Below, one piece after another: positions 19,502 through 29,007 of a stretch of 64,000 nt of DNA. Both the position numbers and the translations under genes were made by a program. Source of the DNA: Fibrobacteria bacterium (lineage in GTDB: Bacteria > Fibrobacterota > Fibrobacteria > UBA11236 > JADFYW01). Under the pieces are notes generated by a model. The model saw nothing but the letters and a program-made list of their open reading frames with translations. It searched no databases and had not been told where the DNA came from. Within the stretch, counting starts at the first letter, position 1; each line of letters starts with the position of its first letter. The stretch covers positions 64,001-128,000 of the forward strand of contig JBNKOC010000004.1 of NCBI GenBank assembly GCA_050294405.1. The letters run 5' to 3'.

Positions 19502-21340
19502 GTGCAATTTGGTCGGTATAAAATACTTTCTGAAATAGGCACCGGGGGTATGGCCACGGTGTATTTAGGAGAAGATCCCACGCTAAACCGCTTGGTGGCC
19601 GTTAAGGTAATTCACCCCCACCTCACTTCTAATCAAGCCATTTTAGAGCGTTTTGCCGTTGAAGCTAAAATCGCCGCTGCCTTAAAAAGCCCGCACATCG
19701 TGGAAATTTATGACTTCGGGACCCAGGATGGCTCCCAATATTTCATTATGGAGCACATTGAAGGGCACTCACTTGGATATATATGCAACACTTTCAATAA
19801 AAAGGGGCTGCCCCAAAGATTTTGCGCCTCGGTTATTTGCCAGGCTGCCGAAGGTTTGGCCGTGGCGGAAAAACAAAACGTAGTGCACCGCGATATCAAG
19901 CCCGATAACCTTCTGTTCAATTCTCAGGGTGTTTTAAAAATTGCCGATTTTGGAATCGTTAAAATTGGAAATGCCCATCAGGGCACAATGGCCGGAACCG
20001 TATTGGGATCACCAAACTACATATCCCCAGAGCAATTCCACGACGAAGCTCCCTCTCCCCAATCGGATATATGGGCCTTGGGTGTTACCTTTTATTATTG
20101 CCTTACAGGCAAACTGCCCTTTGAAGGAAAGGATGTTCCTCAAATCATTCATAATGTATGTACCCAGGAACATGAATCCGTATTAAAAGTGACTCCTGAA
20201 GTAGATCCTGAACTTTCGGCCATTGTGGATATTTTACTTAAGAAACATCCGGAAAAAAGAGGGGAAGGAGCCGCCTGGTTAGCTAAAACCCTAAGGCAAT
20301 ACCTGGGCAACCACGGTTTATTCAGCCCTGAAGAAGGCACTCGGATTTTTATCCAAAACCTGGGCCCCATGCCCAATCAGGAAATTATCGATTACCAGCA
20401 TAAATCCAGGGTTTATAACTCTCCCGCTTCTATTACAAGCGAGGAATTAAAGCCAAGTTTTGGCTATAAGGTTAAAAAAGCCTTTACCAGCTTTAGCGGA
20501 ACTTCGGCTTTTAAAAACCCCATTATATGGCTTATCATAATTGGTCTTTTAGTTTGGATTCCATTCTCATCGCGCTTCGTGGAAAATGCCGGAGGGAACA
20601 AAAAAGTAAAAAGCGTGGTAATAAAACCCAGCGAAGTTATTCTCCATGGGGGCAAACAATCCCAGGTTATAGCAGAAACAAGGCCTTCTGACGCGCCGCA
20701 AAATGTGTTGTGGGAATCCAACCACCCAACCATTGCCTCGGTGTCCGATGGTATTATTTATGGATTAAACCCTGGCAAAGCCCAGATTCTTGCGGTTTCA
20801 CTGGTAGACCCCACCAAAGCGGGTACATGTTATGTACAGGTCATGCCTCCTCTTGTGGAAAAGGTAGAGCTAAAGCCGGATCAAGTTCGCTTAAGTCCTG
20901 GAGAAAGCATTCAATTGGTACCAAGTATATTGCCTGCCGGCACGAACCAAAAAATCAATTGGATTGTAGATAAGCGCGACGTGGTTCGTCTCAATGGCGG
21001 AAAAATTACCGCTAAAAAACCAGGCGTTGCCAAAGTTTCCATATATTCTGTGGAAGATCCAAAAATGTCGGCCTCGTCTACGGTTATTGTACGTGGAGAA
21101 AACAATAATGAGCCCCAACGGCCCAAAGGCAAAGGCTTCTTGCGCATAAGTTCTGCGCCTCCCCACGCTGCCATATATGTGAATGGGGCCCACTGGGGCC
21201 ATACTCCCATGAAAAATTTCAGAGAAAGCACCGCTGGGCGAACCTTAATAAAAATATCCCATCGCTCTCTGCCATCCAGAGATACTGTGATCAATCTTCA
21301 GGCAGATGAAAATGTTAAAATTCATATGACCTTGGAATAA
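19502..21340 (+). CDS. Hanks-type Ser/Thr protein kinase with TM, two Big_2 Ig-like domains and a C-terminal PEGA domain
   Basis: GTGGMATVY, VAVK, HRDIKPDN, DFG, GSPNYISPE and SDIWALG. TM IIWLIIIGLLVWIPF. Big_2-like W.S..PTIASV.DG.I....PG repeats. PEGA-like G.L.ISS.P..A.IYVNG...G.TP. Confidence 0.92.
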   Translation: MQFGRYKILSEIGTGGMATVYLGEDPTLNRLVAVKVIHPHLTSNQAILERFAVEAKIAAALKSPHIVEIYDFGTQDGSQYFIMEHIEGHSLGYICNTFNKKGLPQRFCASVICQAAEGLAVAEKQNVVHRDIKPDNLLFNSQGVLKIADFGIVKIGNAHQGTMAGTVLGSPNYISPEQFHDEAPSPQSDIWALGVTFYYCLTGKLPFEGKDVPQIIHNVCTQEHESVLKVTPEVDPELSAIVDILLKKHPEKRGEGAAWLAKTLRQYLGNHGLFSPEEGTRIFIQNLGPMPNQEIIDYQHKSRVYNSPASITSEELKPSFGYKVKKAFTSFSGTSAFKNPIIWLIIIGLLVWIPFSSRFVENAGGNKKVKSVVIKPSEVILHGGKQSQVIAETRPSDAPQNVLWESNHPTIASVSDGIIYGLNPGKAQILAVSLVDPTKAGTCYVQVMPPLVEKVELKPDQVRLSPGESIQLVPSILPAGTNQKINWIVDKRDVVRLNGGKITAKKPGVAKVSIYSVEDPKMSASSTVIVRGENNNEPQRPKGKGFLRISSAPPHAAIYVNGAHWGHTPMKNFRESTAGRTLIKISHRSLPSRDTVINLQADENVKIHMTLE

Positions 21341-21342
21341 CT

Positions 21343-21999
21343 GTGGCGAAGTTTTTAAGCAACACCAAACATGCTTTTTATTATAGGTTTCACAGCTGTG
21401 GCGTCTTAATTCTGGCATTTGTTTTTTTATCTGTAGCTCAGGATATGGAGAGCCCGGATTCAGATTCTTTGTCTAAAAGTTATGCCATCTCAGATGAATA
21501 CCGTAAAAAAGTGGAAAACTGGTATTACCAGGGAGAGTTTGAAGAAGCTACAGAGTCTCTGGAGTACTTAATTCGATCCAAAAAATTAAAGACTAAAGAC
21601 GATTCCATTTTTGTTTTCAAATATTTGGGTATCATATACGCTTCCGATATTGAAACCGAAACAAAAGGTGAAAATTATTTATACCGAATGCTAACTATAT
21701 CTCCCGATGCCAATGTATCTGATATGAGACTATCCGAATATTTGGAGTCTCTTTTTTACCGGGTTTCCTATAGATTCTACCAAAACCAACTGGACGAAAA
21801 TAAAATCCAGACTAAATCTGAACCAAAGCCAGAGCCCCAAAAAAAGAGCCCTCCCCCAAAGAAAGAAAAAGAAGGGGTCCCAAGCTGGGTTTGGTACGCC
21901 GGAGCCGGAGCCGCGGCAGTAGTGGGAACCCTCAGCTGGTATTTCTGGTCAAATAGCGAAAAACCGGACCCACCTTCCGTGACCACCGGAGAGCTTTGA
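21343..21999 (+). CDS. Hypothetical exported protein, helical (TPR-like) with a Pro/Lys linker and a C-terminal Gly/Ala-rich hydrophobic segment
   Basis: Hydrophobic N-terminal segment, Y..GEFEEA...L and YLG.IY helical pattern, EPKPEPQKKSPPPKK linker, WVWYAGAGAAAVVG. Starts 2 bp after the kinase stop. Confidence 0.7.
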   Translation: MAKFLSNTKHAFYYRFHSCGVLILAFVFLSVAQDMESPDSDSLSKSYAISDEYRKKVENWYYQGEFEEATESLEYLIRSKKLKTKDDSIFVFKYLGIIYASDIETETKGENYLYRMLTISPDANVSDMRLSEYLESLFYRVSYRFYQNQLDENKIQTKSEPKPEPQKKSPPPKKEKEGVPSWVWYAGAGAAAVVGTLSWYFWSNSEKPDPPSVTTGEL

Positions 22000-22141
22000 G
22001 GGACGCTTAAGTCCTCAATATCTGTTTCTTGGAGTTTTTAATTTATTTTTGGTTTTTTTACTTATTTTTTTTTAAAAATATGGAAAAATACAAACTCGAA
22101 ATCAGCCGAAGGCCTGTAAATTACTTAGGTAGAATGGTACA

Positions 22142-25100
22142 ATGAAAGCCGGGGGAAATAAATCCGTGGCATTTGAATTGAGGCGAATCCTATGTGTTCC
22201 AGGGCTCTTGTTCCTTGGTCTTTTACTTGTTTATTTATCCTCTTGTTCCAAAGGTTCCGAATCTAATCCAGAAAGAATATTAGAGCTCAGTTTGTCCGAT
22301 CCCCTAAAGGCCGCGGACAGCGTTGTTATTTACATCCAGGATGCTGAAAATGGAGAAAAATTACAGACTCTGTACGAAGGACAAACCAATTGGAACAAAA
22401 GAGATTTTAGCCTAAACAAAAGCATCCCTTCAAAATACGAAATTGTGGTTCTGGCATTTGATGCGGAAGGCAAGCTGCTTTATTTCAAAGTTTACAACGA
22501 AAACATCAACATCAAAACCGATGTATACAACACTAACATTCAGGCGGATTTCACAATCACTCCTCTGGATACCATTGTATTTGAAGGGGATTCTATTATG
22601 TTTTCCCTGGATTCAATAGAATCTTCACCGAACCATGTCTTCTGGTTCTTAGGGAACGAATTGATTCAGTCCGGGGGAGATAGCCTTCTCCTGAAAGATA
22701 TTCCCAGAAAATGGACAGGATTATATGTTTATGCCAAAATCGCCAAAGCAGAGGGAATGATGGAGTCTCCCCACGCCCTGTTGACGGTAAGGGGAATTCC
22801 CACCGATGTACCCAGTTCCCCAATTCCAGAAAACGGCGCCACAGATCAGCCTGTAATTCTTGATTTATCCTGGACCACCATACCTCCGGTGGACAATGGA
22901 ATATTGGTTTTTGATGTATACCTGGACGAGAAAAATCCTCCAGCTATTGTGGTTTCATCAGGTCAATCCGATGTTAAATACTACGCTTCCAATTTAAAAC
23001 AAAACACCCAGTACTATTGGAAAGTGGTGGCAAGCCAATCAAATGAAATTGTGGAAGGTCCGGTATGGTCTTTTACAACCAAGCAGTCCCCCTTAAACAA
23101 TACCAGCGCCCCCAATGTGCCCAGCGACCCTTCTCCTTCCGATAATTCAGAAAATCAAAATCCAATTAACTTAACTTTGCGCTGGACTGGCGGCGATTTA
23201 AACCCTCTGGACTTGGTAAAATACGATGTTTTGTTAGGCAATGAAAATCCGCCTCAATCTAAAATTACCCAGAGCCTAATAACCAATCAGTTCAATATTA
23301 ACTTTTTGGAACACGGCAAGACATATTACTGGCAAGTAACCGCATCAGACGGCATGGCCACAACATTTGGACCTGTGTGGAAATTTTCAACAGCCCAGGC
23401 AGAAGGAAACAATCAGGCCCCTCTTGTACCTAACTCTCCTAACCCTCCGAATTCAGCCACTAACCAGGAAATCAGCGGTTTGGAACTGTTTTGGAAGGGT
23501 GGTGACCCGGATGAAGATAACGTCGTATATACTGTATTCTATGGAACTTCAAACCCGCCTAACCAAAATTCCATCGCCAATTTATCTACCACCCGATATA
23601 CATTGGGTTCCCTTAATGAAAATACAATTTATTACTGGTACGTTGTTAGCAATGATGGCTCCGCCATTACTATTGGTCCTACTTGGAAATTCACCACCAA
23701 ACAACCAGATCCGAACAACACGGCCCCATATGTACCCAGCGCGCCTATACCGCCTGATTCATCAAAAAACATGCCTTTGAATTTCAAGCTGGGCTGGTCA
23801 GGTGGAGACCCCGACGAAGATGATATAACCCGCTATGATTTATTCCTGGGTTTTGAAAGCCCTCCAACTACCCAGGAAGCCATAGGTATTGAAGACAATT
23901 CTTTGAATATATCAGGCTTGGAACCAGGCAAAAATTACTACTGGAGAATACTGGCATCCGATGGCAATAACACCACAGAAGGGCCCGTATGGCGATTTAC
24001 TACAAACACAGTGGACCAAAGCAATCCCGCTCCGGGTAAGCCCCAAATTGTTTTGCCAGCGGATGGAGAAACAGATTTATCCATCCCTGTTGATTTGGCC
24101 TGGATATGTGAGGATGAAAATGGCGACCCCCTGAGCTATAACGTATTAATTGGAACCACCAACCCTCCTCCCCAAAAAATTGGCAATCCCATTAGCCAAA
24201 CCACCAGAAGGATTAGCAATTTAGAAGAGGGTACAACCTATTATTGGAGGGTTGTGGCAACAGATGGCAACCAAACCACAGTGGGTGATGTATGGAGTTT
24301 TACCACGGCCATCCCGGAAATTTTGAATAGCCCGCCTATTGAACCATCTGCCCCAAACCCTTCCAATGAGGCTGTGGATATCCCGCTTAACCTAACAATA
24401 TCCTGGGAAGGAGGAGACCCTGATGCGGGAGACGTGGTTAGTTACGACATTTACCTGGATGAATCTCCCAATCCTACCACCAAAAAAGCCTCTGTCACTG
24501 AAAACAAATTTACGGTGGTGGGTCTTGCTAACGGGATTACTTACTACTGGAAAGTAGTGGCTAGCGATGGAAAAGAAATAACCAGCTCACCCATTTGGCA
24601 ATTTACCAGTAGGGAAATTGAAGGGCAAACCGGATTGTTTTACGAATATTGGAACAGCCTGGCCAATGTTCCCTTTTCCTATTTGTACCTGGATAACAAG
24701 GATTACCTTACGGAATACTTCCGTTATCCCGACAGGCCGGATGATGAGGGTATCAACGATAAATTTGAAGCCCAGGAAATCTTCTCTAATACTTTTGGAA
24801 TCCGATACAGAGGCTATATACATCCTCCTTCCACGGGAGAATATACTTTCTGGGTAGCAGCAAATGATTATGGTGAACTTTGGCTAAGCAGCAATACATC
24901 TCCCACCAATATCGGGGATAACCCTATTTGCTATACATCCTATTTTACGGCAGCCAGAGATTGGGAGGCCAGGCCAAGCCAAAAATCCGAGCCTGTTTAT
25001 TTAATCGGCGGACAGGAATATTATTTGGAAGCCTTTTATATCCAGGGTTCCGGGGGAACAAACTTTGCAGTGGGCTGGCAGGGACCTGGCATAACTGGAA

Positions 25101-26743
25101 ATCTCGAACGGCCCATTCCAGGCCATAGATTATCCCCATGGACAGGGGTTTCCCTTTCTCCTCCAACCATAACCGCACATCCCCAGACAAATCAGGTCCG
25201 GCCAGGGCAAAGCGCGACTTTTTCCGTTGAGGCCACCAGCAACTCCGGACTATTAAAATACCAATGGAGGAAAAACGGCGTACTAATCGATGGGGCTACG
25301 GGGTCGAGTCATACCACAAACGCTACGGTGTTTTCTGATGATTCTTCAAGTTTTGATGTTATTGTTAGCAATGATGACGGAAGCGTCACCAGCCAGCAGG
25401 CTGAATTGATTTTAATATACATAGCTCCTGTTTTACGATCTGATATAGAGGATCAAACAGTCAGTGTAGGGGAAAATGTCACTTTTACGGCATCCTTGGC
25501 GGCAGGAGATAATCCGACTTTTACCTGGTTCTTTAATGGTTCAGAGGTTATTTCAGGAAAAGACTCCACATTTACCATAAACAATGTGAATTTTGGCCAC
25601 AACCAAAGCAGTATACAGGTGGTTGTATCCAATAAAGAAGGATCGGAATCCAGCAACAGCGCCACCCTTTATGTTAAGGATATTCCTCCTGAAATCATAG
25701 CCCAGCCTATTCCCGCTTCTGTGCGAGAAGGAGACAGCCTGAGCTTTAGCGTCACATCAGCCGGAACCAATTTAAGTTATCAGTGGTTTGTAAATGGGAC
25801 AGCCATTCAAAGTGGAGGAAATTCTGACACATATAAAATCTCAGCGGCCACCAACCAGGATAATGGAAAAGAGTTTTTTGTGGCAGTTTACAATTCAGCT
25901 GATACTGTGCACAGCGATACAGTAACATTGGCCGTAACTCCTTTTGGCGATCCTCCACAAATTCTTGAAAACCCTGAAGCCCTAAGCGTTATGGTGGGAG
26001 AGAATGCCCAATTTGAAATTTCAGCTAGTGGAACAGACTTAAATTTTCAATGGTTTCTTGAGGATAGTATGCTTATTGGATCAAATGATTCCATCTTAAT
26101 ATTATCCCAGGTTCAAAAATCAGATAGCGGCAAAGCAGTAACTTGCTTGGTTTGGAATCTTTTAGACAGCCTTGAAAGCCCGGCTGTTGAGCTAACTGTA
26201 ATCGACACTTTACCCCGCATAATCACTCAGCCTTTTGGAGACAATATAATTGTAGGGGAATCTCCCAGCTTTTTGGTTGTGGCTCAGGGAAGCAACCTGA
26301 GCTACCAATGGTATCGTAACAACCTGGCCATCGCTACCAACGGTAATTCATCTTCATACAATGGGCCTGTGGTAAGCCTAACGGATAACAACAACAGCTA
26401 CTTTGTAGAAATAAGCAATAGCACCGGAACAGTAAGCAGCGATACGGTAATTTTGGGGGTAAGTGATTTAGCACCCAATATCCAAACAATTCCAAGTCCA
26501 CAAATAGTAAACAATGGAAACTCGGCAACCATTAGCGCCACAGTCTCTGGAACCAACTTAGTTTATCAATGGTATTATTCGGCTAACAACAATGGAAGCT
26601 GGACTGAAATTAGCGGAGCTAACGGGAGCAGCTATACCAGCAATATATTAAACGCCACCCATGATGGCAGTGCCTATCGGTTAATAGCCAGCAATTCCGC
26701 CGGAAGCGATACCAGCAACACGGTAGTTATTGACGTGCAATAG
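22142..26743 (+). CDS. Large surface lipoprotein: six FN3-like repeats, PA14 domain, multiple Ig (I-set-like) domains
   Basis: Lipobox LSS-C. Six ~100-aa repeats ending YYW.V.A.DG....GPVW.F.T. PA14 (GLFYEYW..FGIRYRGYIHPP.TGEYTFW). Six P.I...P......G....F.V...G..L.YQW Ig repeats. Confidence 0.85.
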   Translation: MKAGGNKSVAFELRRILCVPGLLFLGLLLVYLSSCSKGSESNPERILELSLSDPLKAADSVVIYIQDAENGEKLQTLYEGQTNWNKRDFSLNKSIPSKYEIVVLAFDAEGKLLYFKVYNENINIKTDVYNTNIQADFTITPLDTIVFEGDSIMFSLDSIESSPNHVFWFLGNELIQSGGDSLLLKDIPRKWTGLYVYAKIAKAEGMMESPHALLTVRGIPTDVPSSPIPENGATDQPVILDLSWTTIPPVDNGILVFDVYLDEKNPPAIVVSSGQSDVKYYASNLKQNTQYYWKVVASQSNEIVEGPVWSFTTKQSPLNNTSAPNVPSDPSPSDNSENQNPINLTLRWTGGDLNPLDLVKYDVLLGNENPPQSKITQSLITNQFNINFLEHGKTYYWQVTASDGMATTFGPVWKFSTAQAEGNNQAPLVPNSPNPPNSATNQEISGLELFWKGGDPDEDNVVYTVFYGTSNPPNQNSIANLSTTRYTLGSLNENTIYYWYVVSNDGSAITIGPTWKFTTKQPDPNNTAPYVPSAPIPPDSSKNMPLNFKLGWSGGDPDEDDITRYDLFLGFESPPTTQEAIGIEDNSLNISGLEPGKNYYWRILASDGNNTTEGPVWRFTTNTVDQSNPAPGKPQIVLPADGETDLSIPVDLAWICEDENGDPLSYNVLIGTTNPPPQKIGNPISQTTRRISNLEEGTTYYWRVVATDGNQTTVGDVWSFTTAIPEILNSPPIEPSAPNPSNEAVDIPLNLTISWEGGDPDAGDVVSYDIYLDESPNPTTKKASVTENKFTVVGLANGITYYWKVVASDGKEITSSPIWQFTSREIEGQTGLFYEYWNSLANVPFSYLYLDNKDYLTEYFRYPDRPDDEGINDKFEAQEIFSNTFGIRYRGYIHPPSTGEYTFWVAANDYGELWLSSNTSPTNIGDNPICYTSYFTAARDWEARPSQKSEPVYLIGGQEYYLEAFYIQGSGGTNFAVGWQGPGITGNLERPIPGHRLSPWTGVSLSPPTITAHPQTNQVRPGQSATFSVEATSNSGLLKYQWRKNGVLIDGATGSSHTTNATVFSDDSSSFDVIVSNDDGSVTSQQAELILIYIAPVLRSDIEDQTVSVGENVTFTASLAAGDNPTFTWFFNGSEVISGKDSTFTINNVNFGHNQSSIQVVVSNKEGSESSNSATLYVKDIPPEIIAQPIPASVREGDSLSFSVTSAGTNLSYQWFVNGTAIQSGGNSDTYKISAATNQDNGKEFFVAVYNSADTVHSDTVTLAVTPFGDPPQILENPEALSVMVGENAQFEISASGTDLNFQWFLEDSMLIGSNDSILILSQVQKSDSGKAVTCLVWNLLDSLESPAVELTVIDTLPRIITQPFGDNIIVGESPSFLVVAQGSNLSYQWYRNNLAIATNGNSSSYNGPVVSLTDNNNSYFVEISNSTGTVSSDTVILGVSDLAPNIQTIPSPQIVNNGNSATISATVSGTNLVYQWYYSANNNGSWTEISGANGSSYTSNILNATHDGSAYRLIASNSAGSDTSNTVVIDVQ

Positions 26744-26758
26744 TTGCTTGCGCAAACT

Positions 26759-26776
26759 GTGCAAACACATTTGCAC
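26759..26776. promoter_or_regulatory. Palindromic upstream activator site, candidate bEBP enhancer
   Basis: GTGCAAA-caca-TTTGCAC perfect inverted repeat with extra TGCA/TGCGCA half-sites beside it, about 80 bp upstream of the predicted sigma-54 start. Confidence 0.55.
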
Positions 26777-26822
26777 CAACTTTAAAAATCATTCAATTTA
26801 TTAAAAATTGCCCAATATTTTT

Positions 26823-26840
26823 TTGGCATTCCTATTGCTT
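26823..26840 (+). promoter_or_regulatory. Sigma-54 (-24/-12) promoter
   Basis: TTGGCATTCCTATTGCTT: GG (26825-26826), N10, GC (26837-26838), matching TGGCA-N6-TTGCW. Confidence 0.75.
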
Positions 26841-26849
26841 TATAGAGAA

Positions 26850-26960
26850 AGCATATGTTGAACTTTTAAAAATTTATTCTCGCGCAACGGAACGGCATTC
26901 GGATTTGCAACCTATTCTCCTCCCCCTTACCCTAGCAAATCCGGATTGCCGTTACCCCAG
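26850..26960 (+). ncRNA. Candidate sigma-54-dependent small RNA (long hairpin with a C/U-rich loop)
   Basis: Downstream of the orphan sigma-54 promoter. 18-bp stem 26891-26908/26935-26953 (one bulge, one G-U) and 26-nt loop AACCTATTCTCCTCCCCCTTACCCTA. No plus-strand gene follows. Confidence 0.55.
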
Positions 26961-26961
26961 T

Positions 26962-29007
26962 TCAATCCAGCAATAATTTTTTTCTTAAAAACCAATAAAC
27001 AGCCATTGTTAAAATTAAAATTACGGCAATCGCAAACTGGTTATAAAATTTAGTGGATTTTTTTTGAGTTTCTCTTATTTCCCCGGCATTAATTTGGGGG
27101 AGGGGCGATTTTGTATTAGTAAGTAATGATTCCCCATATATTATTTTGCCCGCGGATAACCTGGCCAGATTTTCCAACCTATAATAATCAAAACCAATTT
27201 TATTTAATTCCAGATTTTGTGCCGATTTAACTTCAATATATTTTTCAGCTAAGGTCGTACCGTTTGAATCCCGAAGGTTTAATGTATACGTGCCCTCATT
27301 TAGCTTTACATCCCATTCACTTACATTTCCCAGCCAGTTTTCCAAAGTTTGTGAAAAAGATTCTTTTTGACCCAAAACATTGAAAACCAGTTTTTGTTTA
27401 TCAACCTTGTTGCTACCAGGAACAATGGCTGCCAGATGCAATAAATTTCCTGCATGCAAATTTCCACGGATTTTTATTTGCGGATCGTTATGGTTTTCTT
27501 CTATGTAACTTGCAAATCCATTAACCACACTGGCAAAATACTCTTTCGACAAAATGCTGGAGTTGGGGCTAAACATGGTTTTCCAATAATCCTGCAAATG
27601 AAAGCCATATACATTCTCCTCGATTTCACCAAAAGCGCATCCTTTTTTTTGATTTTCATTCACCTCGCCCAGGCAAAGGGAATAATTGGTTGCTGGGTAA
27701 AAGCGTCCAGTTTTTTGGGGAATTTTGTTTAATGGCATTTCCAGATAATTAAAATGGCTGGCAGCAAAGGAGGAAACTTTTAGATTCGCAGAGGAAGAAA
27801 AAGCCAATAATTTCCCAGCTTTTTTAACCTTAAAAATTTTTTCAAACCCTGAGTTCCCGTATATCACCAAGGGAACTTTTTTAAGTCTTTCCAACTCAGC
27901 TTGAGAAAGGGATGCGTAATTTTTTTGGCTAAGCCAAAGCGTTTGTCTTTTGCCTGCTGAAAAGCTTTTAATATCTCCCCTGGATAAGAGCTCTACCCTA
28001 AAATCATTACCGGAGTTTAGAACTTGAATCAACCATCGTTCATCTGGGCTGGAAAGTGGAGTTAACATTAATATTTCCGGAAGATTTTCTTCCTTGGCAT
28101 AATTCGGCAAAAACAAAGTATCGTTGTAGGCGTATTCATTACTATTTGATTTCTCAACCACCAAGGATAGAGAATCCCCTAAATTTGAGGGTAAAACGAA
28201 TCTCTTTTTTCTTTGGAATAGGGCCTTGGAGTTATTTTTAACAGCTTCAATATCCACATCATATTTGGGAAGTTCTTTATTTGCGGAATGTGCTTTTACT
28301 TTAAATTTTGATATTTTCAATCCCGTTTGGCTGTAAGTCAATTCCAATTCCAGCTCATTGTCTTTTGCAAAGGATATAATCTCTAAGCTATCCAGTTGTA
28401 TATCATTAAGGGGAATGTTATTGAAAACCAGGGGAAACAACGGGGGGAAATTGGGATCCAATTCAAAAGAAGACATACCCTGATTTATCCGCCCATCGGA
28501 AATTAAAAATATGGCACGAGGCCGGCTTTTAGGATCTGAGTTTTGAATTTGGCTTAAAAGATTTTCCAGAGATGTCAAACTGCCTAAACTATCCCTATTA
28601 TTAGCTGTTTTCAAATTGGAAAAATCCTCCGGTCCAGTTGCCTGTACAGCAAAGTAGCTTACCTTGCTATCCACATCCAAATGGGAGTATTCTTTTTTTA
28701 GTTCAGTTAGAATTTCATTGTACGCTGAATCCAGCCCCAATCTTTGGCCGCTTTGAAAGCTGGAGCTAACATCCACAGCTATCAATACATAAGGCTTGTG
28801 GAATATTTCCGCTTCTTCGTTCCATTGTATTTTTAAAAGGCTTAAAACCAAAATAAGAATTGCTAAAAGTGGAAACCATTTCACGATTTTCCACAAAGAT
28901 AGACGGGCTTTTTCCCCTTTATATGCAATTAACCCCAACGCTGTTATTAAAACAATTAGCCCAAATACAAGGCTCCCAACATTCCAGCTAAAATCCAGAT
29001 AGCCCAT
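26962..29007 (-). CDS. Membrane protein with N-terminal TM pair, vWA-like domain and C-terminal TM
   Basis: Two N-terminal TMs, MIDAS-like DVSSS, LISDG.. motif, L..LA..S.G pattern and C-terminal W.LRK. Start overlaps the nadB stop (TAATG). Confidence 0.7.
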   Translation of the reverse strand: MGYLDFSWNVGSLVFGLIVLITALGLIAYKGEKARLSLWKIVKWFPLLAILILVLSLLKIQWNEEAEIFHKPYVLIAVDVSSSFQSGQRLGLDSAYNEILTELKKEYSHLDVDSKVSYFAVQATGPEDFSNLKTANNRDSLGSLTSLENLLSQIQNSDPKSRPRAIFLISDGRINQGMSSFELDPNFPPLFPLVFNNIPLNDIQLDSLEIISFAKDNELELELTYSQTGLKISKFKVKAHSANKELPKYDVDIEAVKNNSKALFQRKKRFVLPSNLGDSLSLVVEKSNSNEYAYNDTLFLPNYAKEENLPEILMLTPLSSPDERWLIQVLNSGNDFRVELLSRGDIKSFSAGKRQTLWLSQKNYASLSQAELERLKKVPLVIYGNSGFEKIFKVKKAGKLLAFSSSANLKVSSFAASHFNYLEMPLNKIPQKTGRFYPATNYSLCLGEVNENQKKGCAFGEIEENVYGFHLQDYWKTMFSPNSSILSKEYFASVVNGFASYIEENHNDPQIKIRGNLHAGNLLHLAAIVPGSNKVDKQKLVFNVLGQKESFSQTLENWLGNVSEWDVKLNEGTYTLNLRDSNGTTLAEKYIEVKSAQNLELNKIGFDYYRLENLARLSAGKIIYGESLLTNTKSPLPQINAGEIRETQKKSTKFYNQFAIAVILILTMAVYWFLRKKLLLD

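Noticed and set aside
21999..22011. 13-mer AGGGACGCTTAAG repeated at 40773-40785
   Set aside because: 13-bp matches are expected by chance in 64 kb, and the second copy is inside a CDS.
26855..26869. Mini-ORF MLNF downstream of the sigma-54 promoter
   Set aside because: Only four codons, too close to the predicted start to carry an RBS; the hairpin explains the transcript better.
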